Virus record (IMG/VR): IMGVR_UViG_3300032331_000813
Location: 20,466-84,465 of that record
Direction: 5' to 3' (one strand)
Source of the DNA: a virus
Length of the DNA stretch: 64,000 nucleotides
Shown here: positions 45,586 to 56,400 of the stretch, piece by piece
How positions within the stretch are numbered: position 1 is the first letter of the stretch
Layout: every line of letters begins with the position of its first letter
Made by a program: the position numbers and the translations under genes
The notes under the pieces: generated by a model
Told to the model about the DNA's origin: nothing
Database searches by the model: none
The model's input: only the letters and a program-made list of their open reading frames with translations

Positions 45586-47835
45586 TTGGATTTCAATTTA
45601 AAATCACTTGCTACAGAGAAGTTAGTACCAAAAGAAAGACCAACTGAAGATATAGCAGATGCACGCCATCGTAGTATGATGGAAGCAATTGCACCTTATG
45701 CAAAACCCACAGTACAAAAGAATTTAACCCCGGTCTATGTAGATTACAAAACCCGTAATACTAAATTAGTACTAGTATTGTGCCCAGAATGGAGTCCATA
45801 TATGCCGCCGTTTAGTCTAGCCAGACTGAGTGGTATTGCTAAAAGTTCAGGATATGAAACTCATATAATGGATTTAAATGTACGTGCATATAATGCAAAC
45901 ATAAAAGATTGGGAACCAAACAACAAATTACCATTTAGATTATGGGACCCTAGTAGCAGTTGGCACTGGTTGGGTGAGACTTACATGAAAGATATTCATC
46001 CGTTATTAGAACCTATACTTACTAAAGCAATAGATGATATTGTTGCTATTAACCCAGAAGTAGTGGGTTTTAGTGTATACTACATTAGTGAAGAACCCAC
46101 TAAGTGGATGTGCCAAGAACTTAAGCGTAGATTACCTAACGTAAAGATTGCAGTTGGAGGTCCTAACGTACACAAGAGTTGGTTCAAAACAGAACCCTAT
46201 TATGATTATGTTGTTGTAGGAGAAGGTGAAGCAAACTTATTAGTGTTATTAGATGAAATTGAAAATGGAATAACGCACGACGGTCCCAAAATTCTAGACC
46301 AACCTGAAGACCAGCGTATCAATATTAACGGCTTACCGATGCCAGACTATGAAAGTATTGACTTTAGTCAATATGAATTGCCCAATGGCGTTAACACAGA
46401 AATTAGCAGAGGATGTACAGCTAAATGTACATTCTGTGAAGAAACACACTTTTGGAAATATCGTCAACGTCAAGCAGTTGATTTGATTTCTGAGATTGAA
46501 TGGCTTTACTATAATAAAGGAACTGATGTTATTTGGTTCATTGATAGCTTAGTGAACGGTAACTTGAAAGAACTCAGAGCATTTGTTAAAGCAGTTGCAG
46601 CTAAAGACTTGAAAATTAAATGGACAGGATATGCCCGTTGCGATGGTCGCATGGACTTAGAATACATGAAAGATTTAGCTGCCGGTGGTTGTATTATGTT
46701 TAATTACGGAATAGAATCTGGTAGTCAAAAAGTTTTAGACGATATGGACAAAGGTGTTACTATTGCTGAGATGGAACAGAACTTTATCGACGGCAAGAAA
46801 GTTGGTATATGGGCAGCCACTAATTGGATCGTTGGATTCCCTACAGAAGATTTTCAAGACTATGCTGATAGTATGACATTGTTATGGCGTATGCGTAACA
46901 ACAATATCAACAATGCAGGATTAGGGGTAGGCTACGGATTAGGGCCAGAAACTATCGTAGGACAGAATCCCCACAAGTTTAATATCAGTTGGCAGAAGTA
47001 TCAAGGTCATTGGATTACTAATGACTTTAAAATGGGCGGCACACATGTTATGACCCGCGTAAAAACTTTTCATATGTTTGCTGACTTTTTGAAAGGGTGT
47101 ACTGAAGTACCAATTGGATATCCAGTTAGATTTAGTTTAGCTAAAGAACATTACGTTATTGAACTGAATGATCCTAACTGTATAAAAGAAATTGAATACG
47201 AAAAATTTGACTATAATATAATCAAAGCAGATATCAATCCTTTTGCTGATACATTAGTAAATGAGATGTGGCCATTCTTTAGAATGCTGTGGAAGACACG
47301 GGGAGGATACAAAGCTGAAGTACGTTTCAATCCTAATATAGACTTAAAAGAATTTGGTAGTCAATTTGGACCCGGTATGTATTATGCAGTATACAAGTTT
47401 AATATCACTGATGATGGTAAATGGGATGCTGACTTTGATATTATCTTTAATCAAGTAGACAATAATTTTGATGATCGTAAACCTCCCCCAATGGGACGCA
47501 AGGGTCCATTCTACGCACAAGATTATAGTAGATTACAAAGCAATACTAGTAAACGTGCTAGAAAATTAGCTAGACCATCATGGGATGTCAACGAAGGTCG
47601 TAGTGGGCAAGATTTTACTGACTTACTAGAAGAAGAAAAAATATTAAACGAAACAATTGATTTCTCATTCAAATTGCATTGGGTAAATTCAGGTGATTGG
47701 GGGAATTATACTGACTATGAAGTAAAAGTAAGTGATACTACATCGGTAGTTATTCCTGAAAAAGAAGCAATGACTGCAAAAGAGTTTGTGTCAATAAATA
47801 TATCATCCATTAAGAAACATGAACAACGTAGTTGA
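45586..47835 (+). CDS. B12-binding radical SAM protein (class B methyltransferase-like)
   Basis: B12-binding-domain motifs (PPFSLARL, VVGFSVY, AVGGP, VVGEGE), SRGCTAKCTFC, GIESGSQKVL, IVGFPTE; TTG start with GAGGAG RBS. Confidence 0.85.
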   Translation: MDFNLKSLATEKLVPKERPTEDIADARHRSMMEAIAPYAKPTVQKNLTPVYVDYKTRNTKLVLVLCPEWSPYMPPFSLARLSGIAKSSGYETHIMDLNVRAYNANIKDWEPNNKLPFRLWDPSSSWHWLGETYMKDIHPLLEPILTKAIDDIVAINPEVVGFSVYYISEEPTKWMCQELKRRLPNVKIAVGGPNVHKSWFKTEPYYDYVVVGEGEANLLVLLDEIENGITHDGPKILDQPEDQRININGLPMPDYESIDFSQYELPNGVNTEISRGCTAKCTFCEETHFWKYRQRQAVDLISEIEWLYYNKGTDVIWFIDSLVNGNLKELRAFVKAVAAKDLKIKWTGYARCDGRMDLEYMKDLAAGGCIMFNYGIESGSQKVLDDMDKGVTIAEMEQNFIDGKKVGIWAATNWIVGFPTEDFQDYADSMTLLWRMRNNNINNAGLGVGYGLGPETIVGQNPHKFNISWQKYQGHWITNDFKMGGTHVMTRVKTFHMFADFLKGCTEVPIGYPVRFSLAKEHYVIELNDPNCIKEIEYEKFDYNIIKADINPFADTLVNEMWPFFRMLWKTRGGYKAEVRFNPNIDLKEFGSQFGPGMYYAVYKFNITDDGKWDADFDIIFNQVDNNFDDRKPPPMGRKGPFYAQDYSRLQSNTSKRARKLARPSWDVNEGRSGQDFTDLLEEEKILNETIDFSFKLHWVNSGDWGNYTDYEVKVSDTTSVVIPEKEAMTAKEFVSINISSIKKHEQRS

Positions 47836-48409
47836 ATTTGAATCCGTTATAAAAACATTTTACAATGCACCATATGCTGTAGCAGTTGATTGCTGTACTC
47901 ATGCAATTGAATTGTGTTTAAGACTATTACGACCTGAATGGGTTTCGTGCCCAAAACACACGTATTTGAGTGTACCTATGACATTTAAGAAACTAAACAT
48001 AGTTTGGACATTCAATGATGAAAAATGGAATGATTATTATCACATAGCCAACACAAATATTATTGACGCAGCGGTATATTGGAAAAAAGATGGATATATT
48101 CAAAATTCAATGATGTGTTTAAGTTTTCAATATAAGAAACATTTGAACATTGGACGAGGTGGAATGATATTGTTAGACAACGAAGAACAATATAAACAAC
48201 TTAAAAAAATGAGATATGATGGAAGAACAGATGACAAACCTTGGGCACAACAAGATGTAGACACAATAGGTTATCATTATTATATGACACCCGAAAATGC
48301 AGATATTGGATTACAAAGATTTGATGAAGTTTTTTTTAAGCAGCCTAAAAATTGGTCATATATAGATTATCCGAATTTAAAGAAAATGAGTGTATTTAAT
48401 GTTAAGTAA
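47819..48409 (+). CDS. DegT/DnrJ/EryC1/StrS-family PLP-dependent aminotransferase (short form, 196 aa)
   Basis: YAVAVDCCTHAIELCL, TYLSVP, IDAA, SFQYKKHLNIGRGGMI (PLP lysine) and GYHYYM. Confidence 0.8.
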   Translation: MNNVVEFESVIKTFYNAPYAVAVDCCTHAIELCLRLLRPEWVSCPKHTYLSVPMTFKKLNIVWTFNDEKWNDYYHIANTNIIDAAVYWKKDGYIQNSMMCLSFQYKKHLNIGRGGMILLDNEEQYKQLKKMRYDGRTDDKPWAQQDVDTIGYHYYMTPENADIGLQRFDEVFFKQPKNWSYIDYPNLKKMSVFNVK

Positions 48410-49376
48410 GAATGAATGGGACCCGTTAAAAGCAGTTATTTTGGGCATTGCAGATGATGCTCAGATTCCTCTCATGGATACTAGTTTGCGTTGTGTAAAC
48501 TATGCTGATCGTGAAAAATCATATACGATACCTCACGGAAAATACCCCAAACAAGTTATAGATGAGGCAAACGAAGATTTACACACGTTTGAATCATTTT
48601 TGATTAAAGCAGGGGTTAAAGTATATCGCCCTGATTTTAAATGTATTCCAAATTACTATAACTATTGTCCTAGAGACACTGTGTTAGTACATGATAATTT
48701 GATTCTTGCTACTCCAAATCCATTGAGAGCAAGAGAGTTTGAATATAAAGCAATGGAAGATATATTAACACTATACAGTGAAGTAACTACAATTGATATT
48801 AAACGGGGTAATGATTTATACAACACAAATTGCATAGGTGACCCTGACATACTTGCATTGAATGAAAACGAACCTGCGTTTGACGCAGCAAACATATTAC
48901 GTGACAATGAAAACCTTTACTATTTAGTAAGTAATAGTGGTAATAAGAAGGGTGCAGAACGACTACAAGAGTTACATCCCAATAAGAAAGTATGGACTAT
49001 TGAAGGTGTATACAGTTATATGCATTTAGATAGCACAATTGCGTTACTGCGTGAAGGATTGATGTTGTTGAACCCTGCACGTATTAAGAGTATAGATCAA
49101 TTGCCTAAACCATTACAAAATTGGGATGTTATTTGGTGTCCCGAACCAGTTGATATTGGGCATTACCCCGGCTACTGTAATTCTAGCACATGGGTTAATA
49201 TGAATTTGCTAAGTATTAACCCCGGGCTAGTGGTGTTAGAAATGCATCAAACTAATTTACGCAAAGAGTTAGAGAAACATAAAATAGAAGCTGCCATGTT
49301 ACCAATGCGTCATGCTAGAACATTAGGAGGTTGTTTTCATTGCGTAACATTAGATATATTGAGGGATCACACATGA
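48399..49376 (+). CDS. amidinotransferase (glycine / inosamine-phosphate amidinotransferase family)
   Basis: NEWDPLKAVILG, YCPRD, FDAAN, HLDST and LGGCFHCVTLD (catalytic Asp/His/Cys); ATG at 48399 preferred to GTG 48390. Confidence 0.88.
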   Translation: MLSKNEWDPLKAVILGIADDAQIPLMDTSLRCVNYADREKSYTIPHGKYPKQVIDEANEDLHTFESFLIKAGVKVYRPDFKCIPNYYNYCPRDTVLVHDNLILATPNPLRAREFEYKAMEDILTLYSEVTTIDIKRGNDLYNTNCIGDPDILALNENEPAFDAANILRDNENLYYLVSNSGNKKGAERLQELHPNKKVWTIEGVYSYMHLDSTIALLREGLMLLNPARIKSIDQLPKPLQNWDVIWCPEPVDIGHYPGYCNSSTWVNMNLLSINPGLVVLEMHQTNLRKELEKHKIEAAMLPMRHARTLGGCFHCVTLDILRDHT

Positions 49377-51154
49377 GACAAAAATGGGCTAGAGGACATA
49401 TTGGTCCTTTCTGGGATAAAACAATGTTTAATAACTTGCCTTTTGTTAGGCAACCTGTGTTACAATCTGAAATAGACAAGTGGACCGAACTTGGATATAA
49501 TAATGTAAAAAATTTCACAGGTACATTATACGATAACAAAAATCCAATGCCCGAATGGGTAATTAATTTAGGTAACTTGTTTGATTTATCTAATCAAACA
49601 TATACGATTTACAAAATGGAAACATTAGAAATAATGCCCACGCATGTAGATCATTTCAGTACTTACATGAGATTGTTTGGAGCTGAATACAAAGATATCC
49701 GTAGAGTGTTGGTTATGTTAGAAGATTGGAAACCTGGGCATTATTTAGAGATTGACGGAGTTGGAATTACTAGTTGGATAGCAGGAGATTGGTTCATATG
49801 GGACAGTGATGTTCCGCATGCGGCTAGTAATATAGGTATAGAAGATAGATATACACTACAAATAACTGGAACATTAATTAGTGCGAAAAAAAGCATGTCG
49901 GACCTTCATTGGTTCAATATACCCAACATGCCAGAGAAGTTTGAAACATCTAGATTCCCCCACACCAAAGTAATAAAAGATAAATTTGTTGACGATACTC
50001 CTACTTACTTGTATATGTTAAATGGTAGAATCACTGAACTAGAAGAAATTCAACACGATGATGAAACTATCAATAAGTTAAACGAAACTGGTATTCATAT
50101 TTATTTAAATGAGCCATTGTGTAGTTACCACGTTGATGCAGAGGATTTGGTCTATGAAGGTCGAGTAGGTTCAAAACATAATATGATGTTTTACAGTGAG
50201 TTTGGTGAGCATATTAATCCATTCGAACTGAGAGCAGATGAGTTAGATAGTATTTTGATATATGCTAACAACAATAGATTAACTAATATTAAAGTTCACA
50301 CCGGGGATTATACGGTCGAACCTTACTATCCTGAATACACTTCTAGAATAAAATTATTAACTGACGATATATTCATAAAGTCGCAGTTTAACTTACGCCG
50401 TGTAGAAAAAGTTCATCTAACTCCTAATTTTAATAAAAAGTTCATCTGTTTAAATTGGCGTTATACTAGACATAGATTTATGACAGCAGCATTTTTAGCT
50501 CAAAAAAGTACATACATGACTTGGTATTTTAAAGCTGGTTGCACTATAATGAATCATGGCCCGTGGTTAAACTTTTTTTCTAAATGGGCTGAAGACTATC
50601 CAGAATATCAAACTGCTATAATGAAAGGTGTTATTCACTTGAATAATAACACACCTTTGAATTTAGATTTGAATATAAAAAATCCTACTATAATAACGCA
50701 TCATTATTTTGGAAAATTTTATCCAGACAACACGTTATTAAATGACATCATAAAACCTGGTAAAACTAACTATGATAATCTAAAAAAGTTTTATTCTGAT
50801 GTGTTTGTTGATATTGTTACTGAATCAAGATTTGCACAGCCGACTGCTAACTATAGTGAAAAAGCACTACAACCTATATTTTATAAGAAACCTTTCATTA
50901 TGGTAGGTCCTCCTAAAACACTAGAGTATATGAGAAGCATGGGATTTAAAACGTTTGGTGATTTTTGGGATGAGTCATATGATGATTGTCATAATCATGA
51001 AGATAGGTTAGCCATGATATTTAAGATTATACAACAGATAGACGAAAAATCAATAGACGAACTAAGAGCAATGTATAATGAAATGGCGTATATATTAGAA
51101 CACAACTTTGATATTGCTAATTCTATTATACCTACTGTGAGTGAATACGCATAA
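49373..51154 (+). CDS. fusion of an N-terminal 2OG-Fe(II)/cupin-like domain and a C-terminal 'TEK' (putative glycosyltransferase-like) domain
   Basis: PTHVDHF...PHAASNIG...RYTLQITG (HxD...H); C-terminal DIVTESRF...SEKALQP...KPFIMVG...GFKTFGDFWDESYD. ATG 49373 overlaps the previous TGA. Confidence 0.6.
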   Translation: MRQKWARGHIGPFWDKTMFNNLPFVRQPVLQSEIDKWTELGYNNVKNFTGTLYDNKNPMPEWVINLGNLFDLSNQTYTIYKMETLEIMPTHVDHFSTYMRLFGAEYKDIRRVLVMLEDWKPGHYLEIDGVGITSWIAGDWFIWDSDVPHAASNIGIEDRYTLQITGTLISAKKSMSDLHWFNIPNMPEKFETSRFPHTKVIKDKFVDDTPTYLYMLNGRITELEEIQHDDETINKLNETGIHIYLNEPLCSYHVDAEDLVYEGRVGSKHNMMFYSEFGEHINPFELRADELDSILIYANNNRLTNIKVHTGDYTVEPYYPEYTSRIKLLTDDIFIKSQFNLRRVEKVHLTPNFNKKFICLNWRYTRHRFMTAAFLAQKSTYMTWYFKAGCTIMNHGPWLNFFSKWAEDYPEYQTAIMKGVIHLNNNTPLNLDLNIKNPTIITHHYFGKFYPDNTLLNDIIKPGKTNYDNLKKFYSDVFVDIVTESRFAQPTANYSEKALQPIFYKKPFIMVGPPKTLEYMRSMGFKTFGDFWDESYDDCHNHEDRLAMIFKIIQQIDEKSIDELRAMYNEMAYILEHNFDIANSIIPTVSEYA

Positions 51155-51903
51155 TGAAAAAATTAATGCTAATTGCAGGATGTAGTCATACATCCGGATC
51201 TGAAATAAACGGTGAAGAAGATTCTCCTTATAACAGACAGAAATCATACGGTAATCAACTTGCTGAAATAATGGGATACACTCCTATAAATATCGCAGAA
51301 CCAGGATCAACAAACACCACTATAGCACGTAGTATATTGCAATGGTTTAGTGAAAAATATAATCCAAACGAAATGGAAGTGTTTGTTTCAGTGGGTTGGA
51401 CTGAAAGCACTAGAATGGAAATTCCATGGCATAGACCTACTTGGTACGCTGCACATTGTCCATACGGCGATTATGCAGCTACAACCAGTACTGATTATTT
51501 AAGAATTAATTCAGGATGGCCTGGCGCAGACCCTGAAGAAAAAGTGATAGTACCTGAATTTCAACGTTTTATGGCAAGTAATGAAAAATATTTAGAAATA
51601 CTAAGTGCTAACACTGTACTACAAATTCAATATTTTCTAAAATCTAAAAATGTTGATTATGTGATGTGTAACACAATGCATGTATTTTATCCAAGAGACA
51701 GGCATACTAGTTTTTATATGGAACAAATGGATTTGTCAAAGTATTATAACATGGAAAATTCAAGTCAATCATTTTATAGTAAGTATAAACAATTAGGTTT
51801 TGTAAATACAAAAGCAAAGTATTGGCATCACGATGAAGGTCCACATCGTTTATATGCAGAAGAACTTTCCGATTTCATAAAGGCTAATCATGTTCATAAT
51901 TGA
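51154..51903 (+). CDS. SGNH/GDSL-like protein (acyltransferase/esterase-like)
   Basis: N-terminal IAGCSHTSG, NIAEPGSTN, GWTESTR, and C-terminal WHH..GPH. Confidence 0.55.
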   Translation: MKKLMLIAGCSHTSGSEINGEEDSPYNRQKSYGNQLAEIMGYTPINIAEPGSTNTTIARSILQWFSEKYNPNEMEVFVSVGWTESTRMEIPWHRPTWYAAHCPYGDYAATTSTDYLRINSGWPGADPEEKVIVPEFQRFMASNEKYLEILSANTVLQIQYFLKSKNVDYVMCNTMHVFYPRDRHTSFYMEQMDLSKYYNMENSSQSFYSKYKQLGFVNTKAKYWHHDEGPHRLYAEELSDFIKANHVHN

Positions 51904-52000
51904 TTTTTTCAAAACTATCTATTATAAAATTTCTCGTGAATACAAGTATCGTAAACGTTTGAAAGAATTGCGTAAGCGTGATCCATTTATCTACAAATGA
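51890..52000 (+). CDS. 36-aa basic microprotein (MFIIDFFKTIYYKISREYKYRKRLKELRKRDPFIYK)
   Basis: Fills the gap exactly and overlaps both neighbours (ATGA coupling with the carbamoyltransferase); absent from the ORF track because of its size. Confidence 0.65.
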   Translation: MFIIDFFKTIYYKISREYKYRKRLKELRKRDPFIYK

Positions 52001-53475
52001 ATTACATAGGCATATCTGCTGGATTCCATGACGCTGCTGTTAGTGTAGTTGATGACCTTGGTAACATTTTGTTTGCTGGTCATAGCGAACGCTATAGTAA
52101 GATTAAGCACGACAAGAATATATGTGAAGAATTATTAATTGATGCCCTAAAACATATCAATTCAGAATACTTACAATATCATTATTATGAACGCCCTTGG
52201 CTAAAATCATTGCGTCAATTACGTAGTGGTGAAGGATTTAATTGGCCGTCATGGGAAAAGATTTTAGGTTCCGCTTACGACCAAATGGGCACACCCAAAA
52301 TACATACTCATAGTCACCATCAATGTCATGCCGCAGCAGGCTTTCAAACAAGTCCTTATCAAGATGCTACTGTTGTAGTAATTGATGCCATAGGAGAGTT
52401 TGATACTATTACTATATGGGATGCATGGTATGACAATGAAGGTAACGCAAAATATAAAAAATTATGGAGTTTAAAGTACCCGGATAGCATTGGACTATTC
52501 TATTCAGCAATGACTAAACGAGTTGGATTGCGTCCACTCGATGAAGAATACATTCTAATGGGTATGGCAGCATACGGAGAACCCAATCATATTGCTGATA
52601 TGATCAATGATTTAGTAGATAGAAAAGATATATTAACCTTTAAGCAGAATCTACACACTGGTGTTAGTGAAGATTTCTTAAAAGATGCTGATATAATGGA
52701 CATTGCTAGTAGCAGCCAACATTTGGTTGAATACATGATTACTAGAGTAATAAATAAAGCTAGAACAATGGGTCGCAGTAGAAATTTAGTATACGGCGGT
52801 GGGGTAGCATTGAACTGTTTAGCAAACAGATTGCTAGGGAACTTTTATGAAAATATTTGGATCATGCCTAACCCAGGTGATGCTGGCAATAGCCTCGGTG
52901 CGGCGTGTCTTGGGTACAATAGTAGAGTTAATTGGACTGATGCTTATCTTGGTCATAACATTCCTAGCAAGTATCCTGTTAACGGTTTACTTGATGTGTT
53001 ACTTACTGATAGCATTGTGGGTGTCGCATCAGGACGAGCAGAGTTCGGCCCGAGAGCATTGGGAAACCGTAGTCTCCTTGCAGACCCAAGAGGCAATGAG
53101 ATAAAAGATAAAGTAAATGAAATCAAACGCAGACAAAAATTTCGACCTTTTGCTCCGGTCATTCTTGAGGAGTATGCTCATCAGTATTTTGATATGCCTA
53201 AGCACTGGGATAATAGTAGGTATATGCAAGTCATCAGCCGTTGTAGGTCTCCTGAGTTATTTCCTGCTATTGTTCACTATGACTGGACTAGCCGTGTTCA
53301 GACTGTGCCGAAAGATGGATCAGGAATTAGAGAACTGTTAGAGAAATGGTATGTAATGACTGAATGTCCAATGTTATTGAATACTAGTTTAAACATACGC
53401 GGCGAGCCAATGGTGAACAATCGTGATGATGCTGACAGATTCGAAAAACTGTACGGGGTAAAAGTTTTGTCATAA
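51997..53475 (+). CDS. carbamoyltransferase, NodU/CmcH/TobZ family
   Basis: GISAGFHDAA, HHQCHAAA, VIDAIGE, GGVALNC, GDAG, EFGPRALGNRSLLADP, RPFAP and LLNTSLN. Confidence 0.93.
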   Translation: MNYIGISAGFHDAAVSVVDDLGNILFAGHSERYSKIKHDKNICEELLIDALKHINSEYLQYHYYERPWLKSLRQLRSGEGFNWPSWEKILGSAYDQMGTPKIHTHSHHQCHAAAGFQTSPYQDATVVVIDAIGEFDTITIWDAWYDNEGNAKYKKLWSLKYPDSIGLFYSAMTKRVGLRPLDEEYILMGMAAYGEPNHIADMINDLVDRKDILTFKQNLHTGVSEDFLKDADIMDIASSSQHLVEYMITRVINKARTMGRSRNLVYGGGVALNCLANRLLGNFYENIWIMPNPGDAGNSLGAACLGYNSRVNWTDAYLGHNIPSKYPVNGLLDVLLTDSIVGVASGRAEFGPRALGNRSLLADPRGNEIKDKVNEIKRRQKFRPFAPVILEEYAHQYFDMPKHWDNSRYMQVISRCRSPELFPAIVHYDWTSRVQTVPKDGSGIRELLEKWYVMTECPMLLNTSLNIRGEPMVNNRDDADRFEKLYGVKVLS

Positions 53476-53483
53476 GTAGATAC

Positions 53484-56400
53484 ATGCGAGATGTATTTTA
53501 TTACGGTAATAAACCCAACGTTCACCCAAGAGAAAAATTTGCAACTTCAATAGAAGATGCTAGACAACAATGCACCACTGAACATTTTTGGATAATCAAC
53601 GAATTTTGTGATTATCGAAATTTTGATTGGGAATGGGAATTTGATTTCTTACCTGACCATGAAGTTTGGGCAGAAGAACACAATAATGTATGGCCTAGTG
53701 TTCATCAAAAAGATAGTGGTACATGGTTGTGTCCACAAACAAAAAGTGAAATAATAATATATCGTGCTGATGTTGAACCATTACCTAGAAAAAAAATAAT
53801 TTCTAATGAATGGAAATTTATAGATAAAGTAGATACAACTAAATTTGACTTTAGCTGGCACCCTGACCCTTCATCACCTCCATACGTATATGTATGGGGA
53901 AATAAATGGAATCCAGTAGAATTGCAACCGGCACTAGAGTATCATACTCCTAATGCTACTACTAGAAAATATATAGATCAAGTAGTTGAATTGTTACCTA
54001 ATGAGTATTTTGTAGAAATACAACCAATTGACAAGTCTAAGTTTGACATGACTTGGAGACCCAATCCACTCGATCCTCCCTTCATTTACAAGTGGGGAAA
54101 TAAATTTAATCCAGTTGAAATGGAAACTGCATTAGAATATCATGCGCCCGGCGCAACTGAAGTAAAATACATGAAAACTCCTATTGAGATTATCACGCAA
54201 TGGGACAGTTGGGAAAACGTTGAAAATATAGATAAAGAAAGTTTTGATTGGACATGGAGACCTGACCCAAGAGAACCTCCCTTCATATATCATTTTGGTA
54301 CTCAATGGCAAAAGACAAATGGTCCTAAATACACAGTTAAAGGCGCCACTAAAATTAAGTATATAAGCGAAATAAAAGCTAAAATAATGCCTAATAGAGA
54401 AAATTGGACCGTTCCTGATAATATAGATGTTACTGGATTTGACTTTAGCTGGCATCCCGATGCAACGAGTCCTCCTTACACATATAGATTTCCTACTCAA
54501 TGGGCGATGAGTGGTGGACCTACTTACACAGTACCAGGCGCTACTGAAGTAAAATATGTTGACGTAATAAAAGCAAAAGCATTACCCGATAAAACCAATT
54601 GGGATGTACCATCTTATATTGATAGTGACAGTTTTGACTTTAGCTGGCATCCATATATAGAAGATGAACCATTCATATATCAGTTTGGTACTCAATGGCA
54701 AAAGACAGGTGGTCCTCAGTATGTGCATCCTAACATACCTAGAATGGCATCAGGTAAGCCTATTGGTCAAGTAAAATACATTGATACACGTATTATAAAA
54801 GCAAAACGCTTACCTAGTAAAAAAGGATTCATGCCACCTGAAAACTTTAAAGAAATAGTAGACTTTGATTATTCATGGCACCCAGACGATACAGAACCAC
54901 CATACATATATCATTTTGGTACACAGCATCAAAAGACAGGTGGACCAAGATACTTTGTTGAAGGTGCGACTGAAATAAAATATGTAGATAAACCAAGAGC
55001 CGCAGTTCTTCCAAAAGATAATACTATCAATTGGGAAATACCAAATAACATAGATGTTAGTGAGTTTGATTTTAGTTGGCACCCTGATGAGAGAGATGAA
55101 CCATATATCTATCAATTTGGCACACAACATCAAAAGACAGGTGGACCAAAGTACATTGTCCCTAAAGCTACTGAAATAAAATATGTAGAAAATTCAAAAG
55201 CAAAAAGTTTATCTAATAAAGAAAATTGGGTTATGCCAGATGATTTAGATATTGCAGACTTTGATTTTAGTTGGCACCCTGACGATACAGAAGAACCTTT
55301 CTTGTATCATTTTGGTACACAATGGTCAGAACATGGAGGACCTACGTATGTAAGACCGGGTGCAATTGTCGGTGTAACTGCCACTAAGTATATTAATCCT
55401 AGAGTACTCAAGGCGACTGTAGCGCCTGATAAAAAGTATTGGATAATACCAGATGATATAGACAGCGATAGTTTTGACTTTAGCTGGCATCCTCATCCAA
55501 ATAGTCCACCGTTCATATATCAATTTGGTACACAGTGGCAAAAGACAGGTGGACCTCAGTATATACATCCTGATATAACTAAAACGGCAACAGGAAAACC
55601 CAATGGTCAAATTAGTTATGTTGATACACGAGTTCTCTCATCTACTAAACTGCCATTAAAAACATATTGGGTGATTCCTGATAATATTGATGTTAGTGAA
55701 TTTGATTTTAGTTGGCATCCTGATGACACAAGTCCACCTACTACCTATCAGTTTGGTACATTATTAGATAAAGAAGATGGTCCTAAATATGTTCATCCTA
55801 ACACTATGGATGATGTAGTTGTATATCTAGAAAGAATCGCACCTAAGCAAGTTATAGTAGAGACAGTAGTTCATACTGATTTTCCTAAATATATCGTAAC
55901 TACCACACTTGAAGATTTGATTGAAGAACATTCTAACGAATTGTTTTGGGCATTAAATCCTGATTTAGACTATAGTGAGTTTGATTTTAATTGGAGACCT
56001 AGTATTGAACAGTCGCAATATCTACATGCGTTTGGCTCACCTGAGAATATCAATACTCAAACATACTTTGTTAATGCAGCAGCATGGTTAAAAGGATTTA
56101 AAGATATCAATTATGTTGAAGATAAAACACTCAATGTAAAAGTTAATATTGATATGTTCTTTGTTGACAGAAGCAATAATGAATCACAGTCACGGTTTGA
56201 AAAACTAAAGAATAAATTCCCTAACATACAAAAAACTCGCTACTTAAATAGTTGGGTAGAAACTATCAATCGTTGTATTAATCGTGCTAGTAGTAATTTG
56301 TGTTGGATATTGAATAGTGAGTTAGACTATAGTGATTTTGATTTCAACTATTATCCTAATCCATGGCAGATGAAAATGGTACATGTGTTTGGTACTCAAT

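Noticed and set aside
53844-55790. CRISPR array or DGR-type repeats
   Set aside because: The repeats are in-frame, degenerate at synonymous positions and about 200 bp apart; no cas or reverse transcriptase gene is in the window.
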